Positions 25,788 through 32,895 of a stretch of 64,000 nt of DNA are shown here, in pieces; the first letter of the stretch is position 1; each line of letters begins with the position of its first letter. The notes below the pieces were generated by a model. It saw only the letters and a program-made list of their open reading frames with translations, did no database searches and had not been told where the DNA came from. This DNA is from Mycobacteriales bacterium (GTDB lineage Bacteria > Actinomycetota > Actinomycetes > BP-191): positions 9 to 64,008 of the forward strand of contig DATLOQ010000119.1 in assembly GCA_035536235.1 (NCBI GenBank). The letters run 5' to 3'. The position numbers and the translations under genes were made by a program.

Positions 25788-27283
25788 TGGCGCGCATCGT
25801 CGTGATCGGTGCCGGTGTCGGCGGGCTCTCCGCCGCCGCCCGCCTCGCGGCGCTCGGACACCAGGTCACCGTGTGCGAGCAGGCCCCCGAGGTCGGCGGC
25901 AAGCTCGGTCTGCATGAGCGCGACGGATTCCGCTTCGACACCGGACCGTCGCTGCTGACGATGCCGCACCTGCTGCGCGAGCTCTTCGACGACACCGGGA
26001 GCACCCTCGACGAGGCCGTCACGCTGCGTCCGGTGGTGCCCATCGCGCACTACCGCTTCGCCGACGGCGCCGAGCTCGACTCAACCGGCGACCTCGACGC
26101 GTTCGCGGCCACCCTCGACGACGTGCTGGCTCCCGGCAGCGGCGCGGACTGGCGCCGGATTATGGCCCGCGCCGAGCAGATCTGGGCGGCCACCCACGAG
26201 GACTTCCTCGAGAGCGCGCTGGAGGGTTCACGCACTCTGCTGCGCCAAGCGACGCGAGTAGGGGACCTGCGGACGGTCGCGCCGTGGACCACGCTGCGCG
26301 GGCTCGGTCGCCGCTACCTGCGTGACCCCCGGCTGCGGATGCTCCTCGACCGCTACGCGACCTACACCGGCTCGGACCCGCGCCGCGCGCCGGCCGCGCT
26401 GGCCGTCGTGCCGTGGGTCGAGCAGACCTTCGGCGGGTGGTACGTCGAAGGCGGGCTCTCCCGCATCGGCGAGGCGATCCGCGACCGGGTGCTCGAGCGC
26501 GGCGCCGTCGTCCGGACCGGCGCAGACGTCGTCGAGGTGCGCATCGAGGGCGGCCGGGTGCGTGGGGTGCGCCTCGCCGACGGAGAGCTGCTGCCGGCCG
26601 ACCTGGTGGTCGCCAACGCCGACGCGACGCACCTCTATCGCGACCTCGTCTCCGACCCGCGCACGGCCGCCGTACGGCGACGCCTCGCCCGGGCCACGCC
26701 GAGCCTGTCCGGGTTCGTGCTGCTGCTCGGCCTGCGTGGGCGCACCCCCGACCTCGCCCACCACACCGTGCTGTTCCCGCGGAACTACGACGCGGAGTTC
26801 GACTCGCTCTTCGGCGCGACGCCGCGGCCGGTGCTGGACCCGACGATCTACCTGTCCGTGCCGACTGACGCGGCCATCGCGCCGCCTGGACACGAGGCGT
26901 GGTTCGTCCTGGTCAACGCGCCTCGACAAGGCCAGGCCGGTCGCGACGGGCCAGTCGTCGACTGGGGCGCTCCCGGCGTCGCCGACGCGTATGCCGAGCA
27001 CCTGCTCGACCTGCTGCGCGACCGCGGCCACGACGTGCGCGAGCGGATCGTGAGCCGCACCCTCATCAGCCCGGTCGACCTCGAGCGCCGTACCCGAGCG
27101 GTCGGCGGTGCCATCTACGGCACCAGCTCGAACGGCGTGCGCGCTGCCTTCCTGCGCCCGGCCAACCGCTCACCGGTGCCCGGGATGTACCTCGTCGGCG
27201 GCTCGGCTCACCCCGGCGGCGGGCTCCCGTTGGTGCTGCTCTCCGCCCGCATCGTGGCCGGACTCGTCGGCCCGGCCGGCTGA
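25787..27283 (+). CDS. CrtI-family desaturase (CrtD-like carotenoid 3,4-desaturase candidate)
   Basis: ORF 25436..27283, trimmed to ATG 25787 (MARIVVIGAGVGGLSAAARLAALGH), which overlaps the GT2 stop (TGATG). C-terminal MYLVGGSAHPGGGLPLV. Confidence 0.75.
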   Translation: MARIVVIGAGVGGLSAAARLAALGHQVTVCEQAPEVGGKLGLHERDGFRFDTGPSLLTMPHLLRELFDDTGSTLDEAVTLRPVVPIAHYRFADGAELDSTGDLDAFAATLDDVLAPGSGADWRRIMARAEQIWAATHEDFLESALEGSRTLLRQATRVGDLRTVAPWTTLRGLGRRYLRDPRLRMLLDRYATYTGSDPRRAPAALAVVPWVEQTFGGWYVEGGLSRIGEAIRDRVLERGAVVRTGADVVEVRIEGGRVRGVRLADGELLPADLVVANADATHLYRDLVSDPRTAAVRRRLARATPSLSGFVLLLGLRGRTPDLAHHTVLFPRNYDAEFDSLFGATPRPVLDPTIYLSVPTDAAIAPPGHEAWFVLVNAPRQGQAGRDGPVVDWGAPGVADAYAEHLLDLLRDRGHDVRERIVSRTLISPVDLERRTRAVGGAIYGTSSNGVRAAFLRPANRSPVPGMYLVGGSAHPGGGLPLVLLSARIVAGLVGPAG

Positions 27284-28020
27284 CCGAGCAGGGCCCGGCG
27301 AACGGCGATCGCCAGCTGGACGACCGAGAACGCGCACAGCCCCCCGACTGCGGCCAGCCCGAGGGTCGGGAGCACCGGTGCCGCGGCGGGAAAGATGCCG
27401 GTGAAGTGGATGGTCGGGGAGCACAGCGCCACCCGGGTCGGCCGCTCCCCCGGCGTCACGACGCCGATGTCGCCCGCTCCAGCGTTGCCGGCGCGTGCCC
27501 GTAGGTACTCCAGCAGGAACAACGCCAGCCCGGTCAGGACGGCCAGCTCCAGCGGCCCGCCGAGCGCGACGATCGCGGCCAGGTAGAGAACGTCGCAGAT
27601 CCGGTCGGTGAGGCTGTCGAGGACGTAACCCCACTGCGATGTGCGCCGGGTGAGCACCGCGACGCAGCCATCCAGCGCGTCAAGCAGGCCACTGCCCACC
27701 ACCAGCCAACCGGCCAGGATCGGCCACCGACCGCCGGCCTCCGCGCCGACGTAGACGGCGAAGGCCAGCCACACCCCCCAGATGGTGAGCAGGTCAGGAA
27801 GCACGCCGCGACGAGCCAGCGGGCGGGCGATCGTGTAGGCGATTGTCAGCCAGCCGTGGGTGAAGGCATTGCCACGCGGGTCGTAGCCCTCGTGCAGCGT
27901 GCTCCACCGGGTGAAGTAGCCGTCCAGGTCCGGCACCGCCTCGTCCGGCGGGCGCGCGGTGGCCAGGCTCAGCACGACCAGCAGGGCGGCGAGGCCGAGC
28001 AGCACTAGGGGCTGGGTCAC
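27208..28020 (-). CDS. CDP-alcohol phosphatidyltransferase family protein
   Basis: 270 aa. DALDGCVAVLTRRTSQWGYVLDSLTDRICD fits the D-x2-DG-...-G-x3-D-x3-D motif. Polytopic. GTG start at 28020. The 3' end overlaps the convergent crtD-like gene by 76 nt. Confidence 0.75.
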   Translation of the reverse strand: MTQPLVLLGLAALLVVLSLATARPPDEAVPDLDGYFTRWSTLHEGYDPRGNAFTHGWLTIAYTIARPLARRGVLPDLLTIWGVWLAFAVYVGAEAGGRWPILAGWLVVGSGLLDALDGCVAVLTRRTSQWGYVLDSLTDRICDVLYLAAIVALGGPLELAVLTGLALFLLEYLRARAGNAGAGDIGVVTPGERPTRVALCSPTIHFTGIFPAAAPVLPTLGLAAVGGLCAFSVVQLAIAVRRALLGQPAGPTSPATMRAESSTNGSPPPG

Positions 28021-28212
28021 CAGCGCACCCTACGGTCATCACCAGCAGCGGCGTACGGCGCGGCGGCGCCCTGCGAGAACGGTCTTGCCGCACGGCCGTT
28101 CGACGTAGGACGGTGCCCTCATGAGATCACGCGTGCATCACGTCCCCGCCGGCTTTGCGGGCCCCGATGCCCTCGGCACCTGGTGGGCGCACCGCCGGCA
28201 AGGCTGCCGGCC

Positions 28213-28716
28213 ATGAACCGGCCGATGCCTCCGGTGTGCACGGCCGGCGAGCGACCGATGCTCGAGGCGATGCTCGACTGGTACCGCGCGGGGGTGCTGA
28301 GCAAGGTCGCCGGGATGAGCCAGGCCGACGCGACCTCGACGCCGCTGCCGTCGCCGACCACCGCGGCGGGGCTCGTGAAGCACCTGGCGCTGGTGGAGGA
28401 CTTCTGGTTCACGGTCGGCATCGGCAAGGCGGCCATCCCCGAGCCCTGGGCCGGCGTGGACTTCACGGTCGACCCGGACTGGGAGTTCCGCACGGCCACC
28501 GAGGCACCGCTCGCGGAGTCCGTGGCGCTCTACGTGCAGGCGTGCGAGCGGTCGCGGGCCGTCAACGCCAATCACTCGCTCGACGACATCGGCACCGACC
28601 GCCGTGGCGATTTCACGCTGCGCTGGGTGCTGGTGCACATGCTCGAGGAGACGGCCCGACATCTCGGCCACCTCGACATCCTCCGCGAGCTCGCCGACGG
28701 CACTACCGGCGAATAG
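28213..28716 (+). CDS. DinB/DUF664-family protein
   Basis: ORF 28183..28716. ERPMLEAMLDWYRAGVLSKVAGMSQADA...LVKHLALVEDFWF...RWVLVHMLEETARHLGHLDILRE. Start uncertain (ATG 28213 or the ORF-track start 28183). Confidence 0.65.
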   Translation: MNRPMPPVCTAGERPMLEAMLDWYRAGVLSKVAGMSQADATSTPLPSPTTAAGLVKHLALVEDFWFTVGIGKAAIPEPWAGVDFTVDPDWEFRTATEAPLAESVALYVQACERSRAVNANHSLDDIGTDRRGDFTLRWVLVHMLEETARHLGHLDILRELADGTTGE

Positions 28717-28729
28717 CGCTAGAGGATCG

Positions 28730-30745
28730 CTAGGCGGCCGAGCGGGCCAGCCGACGGCGGACTAGCAAGGCGGCCGGAAGCAGCATCGCGGCCAGGCCGA
28801 GCAGCGCGAAGTCGGCACCCGTTGCCGGCAGCGGCGCGGGGCGCGGAGCCGGACGGGGGGCCGGCCGCGGTGCCGGGCGTGGCGCAGGAGCCGAGCCGGG
28901 CGCACCGGCCGCCTCGATCTTGTTGGTGGGACCGGTCCACGTGAAGACGTCCATCCCACGGGCTACGTCGTTGGACACGAAGGAGTAGGTCCGGGTCCCG
29001 TCGGCGTTGTCGACGATCTTGAAGGGCTCGCCCGTCCAGATGTCGTTGGGCAGCAGGGTGTAGCTGGCTGTCTCGGTGAAGGAGAAGCGACCCTCTGCGT
29101 CGATCTCGTAGTCGATGACCTTGATCCCCTGGCTGTACCACGCGGCGAAGATCCGCTGCTCGTCCGGGACGTGCTCGATGACGTGGATTGTGCAGAACGT
29201 GGGGCTGACGAGCGTGCTGGGCGAGATGTACACCGCCTTCTCGCCGTCGGTGTTCAGCGCGTAGGTGAATCGGCCCTTCGCGTCCCGCTTCTTCGTGTCG
29301 AACACGTGCATGCCGCCGTTGCCGTACGGGTTGTCGAGCGACGGTGCGCAGGTCGCGCCGGGCGGGATGATGCCGCCGCCGCGCTCGTCGGTGACGAAGA
29401 GGTAGCGCCCGTCGGGCGATGGGTCCGACTCGTGGCCGATCGCCACGCCCTCAGAGGACCGCGTGGTCAGGTTGGTGTTGCAGTTGTAGGTGCCGTCGCG
29501 GCGGCAGTCACGGCCGACGTTGTTGAAGTGTCCGGCGTACTTCCAGCCGGTCGCTGCGGGCCGCTTGAGGTCGTTGTAAGCGTTGACCGCTCGCACTGCC
29601 CTCGACGTCTGGTCCGCCGGGTTGGCGAGTGGGGTCTCGAAGACGCAGTCGGTGACCTTCGCGCCGCTCACGGCACCGACCGCGGGCGCTGCGTCGCCGA
29701 GCTTGCAGGGCAGGGGCGTGCCCTTGATGTCCCCGCGCGGGTCGTTCGGTGCAGGGATCGCTGGACCCTGCGCGGAAGTCAGGCCGGACACGTCGAGGAC
29801 AATGGTCGCGGTCGGTGCAGCGCAGTAGATCTTGCCGGGCCGGGCCGTGATGTCGTGACAGCCGGACGGCTGCTTCCTCGAGCCGTCGGCGCCCTCCTGC
29901 ACTGCCCACTCGTACTCGAAGGGGATGCGGAAGACCTTCGGTGCACACTGCGCGCGCTGGGTCTCCAAAGCCTTGCCGGCGTTGTTCAGGCAGGTGCGGA
30001 TGTCCAGCACGTCGATCCACGCCATGCCGACACCGAGCGGGTTCACATCGTCGCCCGCAGCGGGGTCGACGCCGAACTCGGAGTTGCTGTTGTAGATGAT
30101 CCAGGGTCGGGTGGCGTCGGCCGTCACCGTGTGCGAGGTGCCGTTGTGCCGCGTCAGGTGCACCTCACGGGGCTCGAAGCCCTCCGTGCCGAGCCCACTG
30201 ATGTCCACCAGCTCCAAGCCGCCATTGGTCTTGTCGTGGCAGCGGCCGACGGCGTCGACGGCGTCGAGGAGCAGCGTGCCCTGCGGCTTCTTACCAGGCT
30301 TGAAGAACTCGCCGTGCGGCGCCTTCGGCACGATCACCTGGTCGTGCTGGATGCCTGTGGTGGCGCTGACGTTGGTGATGTCACCGCAGTACGACGAGCC
30401 GTGGTCTGCCACGAACTCCGGGTTGACCGTGCCGTCCGGGTCAGTGAGCTTGATGAGGCGCTGGCCCACGATCGATGGCTCGGCCTGGCCGAGCTGGCCG
30501 CCGGCAGCGTAGATCTGGCCGTTGCGGTGGAAGAACTTCACGTCCGTGCCGGTAGTGCCGCCGAAATTCTTGATGTGCTCCCACGTGCCTTCGCCGGCGC
30601 TGCGTGACTCCGCCCCTCCGAGGTCCACAATCGGCGCCAGCGGGCGGTTGGGGTCAGTGTGGTCCGCTGCTGCCGGTGAGGCGGCCAAGGCCGCGAGCAC
30701 GGCGATGGCTGCGGCGGCATGGGTACGGCGGAGGGCGAAGCGCAT
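28730..30745 (-). CDS. LPXTG-anchored surface protein, beta-propeller-like (possibly LVIVD-repeat type), with a (PAPR)n stalk
   Basis: ORF trimmed to ATG 30745 (MRFALRRTHAAAAIAVLAALAASPAAA), with GGAGG 7 nt upstream. The C-terminus reads APAPRPAPRPAPRPAPRPAPLPATG, then a hydrophobic stretch, then RRRLARSAA. Domain family uncertain. Confidence 0.6.
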   Translation of the reverse strand: MRFALRRTHAAAAIAVLAALAASPAAADHTDPNRPLAPIVDLGGAESRSAGEGTWEHIKNFGGTTGTDVKFFHRNGQIYAAGGQLGQAEPSIVGQRLIKLTDPDGTVNPEFVADHGSSYCGDITNVSATTGIQHDQVIVPKAPHGEFFKPGKKPQGTLLLDAVDAVGRCHDKTNGGLELVDISGLGTEGFEPREVHLTRHNGTSHTVTADATRPWIIYNSNSEFGVDPAAGDDVNPLGVGMAWIDVLDIRTCLNNAGKALETQRAQCAPKVFRIPFEYEWAVQEGADGSRKQPSGCHDITARPGKIYCAAPTATIVLDVSGLTSAQGPAIPAPNDPRGDIKGTPLPCKLGDAAPAVGAVSGAKVTDCVFETPLANPADQTSRAVRAVNAYNDLKRPAATGWKYAGHFNNVGRDCRRDGTYNCNTNLTTRSSEGVAIGHESDPSPDGRYLFVTDERGGGIIPPGATCAPSLDNPYGNGGMHVFDTKKRDAKGRFTYALNTDGEKAVYISPSTLVSPTFCTIHVIEHVPDEQRIFAAWYSQGIKVIDYEIDAEGRFSFTETASYTLLPNDIWTGEPFKIVDNADGTRTYSFVSNDVARGMDVFTWTGPTNKIEAAGAPGSAPAPRPAPRPAPRPAPRPAPLPATGADFALLGLAAMLLPAALLVRRRLARSAA
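28832..28888 (-). repeat. 12-nt coding tandem repeat encoding (PAPR)x4-5, just upstream of the LPATG motif
   Basis: Derived from the protein C-terminus PAPRPAPRPAPRPAPRPAP. Coordinates back-calculated from the stop codon. Confidence 0.6.
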
Positions 30746-30833
30746 CGTGGTGCCTCCAGGCGGGGTCATCACAGCATTGGGGTACGACCTGGCGATTTCG
30801 CCACGTCTCGGGACATTCCTGCTCAGCCAGCCG

Positions 30834-31718
30834 TCACGGATGGGCAACGACCCCCAGCGCGGCGTAGATCTCCCTCGTGGCCGTCGACCGGTTGAGCGTG
30901 TAGAAGTGCAGCCCGGGCGCCCCCCCGTCGAGCAGGTCGCGGCACATCCGGGTGGCCACCTCGACGCCGACCCGCCGTACCGCGATCGGGTCGTCGGCCA
31001 CCCCTCGCAGCCGCTCCGCCAGCTCCGGCGGGAACGCCGCCCCCGACATCAGGGCCATCCGCTCGATCTGGGCGACGTTGGTGACCGGCATGATCCCCGG
31101 GATGATCGGCACATCGCAGCCGCGGGCGCGGACCCGGTCGACGAGGGCGAAGTAGTCCGCCGGGTCGAAGAAGAACTGGGTGATGGCGAAGTCGGCGCCC
31201 GCCGCGCACTTCTGGGCCAGATACTTCGCGTCGGTGTCGCGGTCGGCCGACTCACGGTGCGCCTCGGGGAACGCCGCGACCCCGACGCAGAAGTCACCGA
31301 GCTCACGCAGCAGCCGGACCAGGTCCTCGGCGTATGTCAGCCCCTCAGGATGCGGCTCCCACTCCTGGTCCACTCCCCCGGGCGGGTCGCCCCGGAGAGC
31401 CAGCACATTGCGGATGCCGGCGTCGGCGATCGCCCCGATCACGTTGCGCAGCTCGTAGCGTGAGGCGCCGACACAGGTCAGGTGCGCCACCGCGGTCAGC
31501 GTCGTTTCGGTGGCGATGCGCTCGACGATGCGCAGGGTCCGATCGCGGGTCGAGCCGCCCGCGCCGTAGGTCACCGACACGAAGGTGGGGGCCAGCGGCT
31601 CGAGCTGGCGGATCGCCTGCCAGAGCTCCACCTCGCCAGCGTCGGTCTTGGGCGGGAAGAACTCGAACGAGAAGGACCGCCCCCCGGCGGCGAGCAGGTC
31701 CCGCACTGTGATGCTCAC
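30834..31718 (-). CDS. metF: Methylenetetrahydrofolate reductase
   Basis: ORF 30834..31982, trimmed to GTG 31718 ([29 protein letters not shown]). TYGAGGSTR and ITQFFFD blocks. Confidence 0.85.
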   Translation of the reverse strand: MSITVRDLLAAGGRSFSFEFFPPKTDAGEVELWQAIRQLEPLAPTFVSVTYGAGGSTRDRTLRIVERIATETTLTAVAHLTCVGASRYELRNVIGAIADAGIRNVLALRGDPPGGVDQEWEPHPEGLTYAEDLVRLLRELGDFCVGVAAFPEAHRESADRDTDAKYLAQKCAAGADFAITQFFFDPADYFALVDRVRARGCDVPIIPGIMPVTNVAQIERMALMSGAAFPPELAERLRGVADDPIAVRRVGVEVATRMCRDLLDGGAPGLHFYTLNRSTATREIYAALGVVAHP

Positions 31719-31806
31719 TCCGCAGAGGTTAGAGGACGGGAGACCTCTCGACCGGGCCGACACGGGCGCGCGGCGCCGTCGGCGGCACTGCTGGCAGAAT
31801 CGCGAC

Positions 31807-32895
31807 GTGGCCGCCAGCCGGAGATCCGTGCCCAGCCCGCTCGACGTCGCCGACCTCCGCGAGCGCGTGCACAAGGCGCTGAGTGCCTTCCTCGCTGAGC
31901 AGGTCGGCGTGCTCGACCGGATCGCGGAGGAGCTCGGCCCCATCGGCACGGCGGTGTCGGACTTCCTGCTCGACGGGGGCAAGCGGCTGAGACCGGCGTT
32001 CTGCTACTGGGGTTGGCGCGGAGCCGGCGGGCCGGACAGCGACGAGATCGTGGCAGCGGCGGCGTCCCTGGAGCTGCTGCAGGCCTGTGCGCTGATACAC
32101 GACGACGTGATGGACGGCTCCGACACCCGGCGCGGGCGGCCTGCGGTGCACCGGGGGTTCGCCGCACTTCACCGCGGCGAGGGGTGGCTGGGCGACCCGG
32201 AGACCTTCGGCACGTCCGCGGCCATCCTGCTCGGCGACCTGTGCCTGATCTGGGCCGACCAGCTGCTGAACACCTGCGGGCTGCCCGACGTGATGCTGCG
32301 CCGTGGCGCGCCGACGTACGACGAGATGCGGGTCGAGCTGATGGCCGGGCAGTACCTCGACCTGCTCGAGCAGGCACTCGGCGGCCGGGACATCGATCGG
32401 GCGCTGCGGGTGGCGCGCTACAAGAGCGCCAAGTACACGATCGAGCGCCCGCTGCACCTGGGCGGCGTGCTGGCGGGAGCGCCGACCGAGCTGCTGGCGA
32501 CCTACACCGGCTACGGGCTGCCGCTGGGCGAGGCGTTCCAGCTCCGCGACGACGTGCTGGGCGTCTTCGGCGACCCGTCGGAGACCGGCAAGCCGGCGGG
32601 CGACGACCTGCGCGAGGGCAAGCGCACCGCGCTGGTCGCAATCGCGCTGGACCGCGCCACTCCTGACCAGGCTGCCGTCGTGCGCCGGCACCTCGGCGAC
32701 CCCCACCTCGACGAGAGGGGGGTGGCCCTGCTGCGCGACGTGATCGACGGCACGGGCGCGCTGGCGGAGGTGGAGGCGCTGATCGCCCGCCGCACGGACG
32801 AGGCGCACAGTGCCCTGGGCGCTGGGGTGCTGGAGCCGGCGGCGCGAGAGGTGCTCGGCAACCTCGTCAGCGCAGCGACGTCCCGCCGCGTCTAG
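31807..32895 (+). CDS. idsA: Polyprenyl (geranylgeranyl) diphosphate synthase
   Basis: ORF 31585..32895. First Asp-rich motif [15 protein letters not shown] and second [13 protein letters not shown]. Start probably GTG 31807 (alternative ATG 31711). Confidence 0.8.
   Translation: MAASRRSVPSPLDVADLRERVHKALSAFLAEQVGVLDRIAEELGPIGTAVSDFLLDGGKRLRPAFCYWGWRGAGGPDSDEIVAAAASLELLQACALIHDDVMDGSDTRRGRPAVHRGFAALHRGEGWLGDPETFGTSAAILLGDLCLIWADQLLNTCGLPDVMLRRGAPTYDEMRVELMAGQYLDLLEQALGGRDIDRALRVARYKSAKYTIERPLHLGGVLAGAPTELLATYTGYGLPLGEAFQLRDDVLGVFGDPSETGKPAGDDLREGKRTALVAIALDRATPDQAAVVRRHLGDPHLDERGVALLRDVIDGTGALAEVEALIARRTDEAHSALGAGVLEPAAREVLGNLVSAATSRRV

Noticed and set aside
32892-32895. Convergent gene pairs sharing a palindromic CTAG as both stop codons (also at 41867..41870)
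   Set aside because: The observation is real, but it is most simply a consequence of TAG being its own partial reverse complement. There is no evidence of function.
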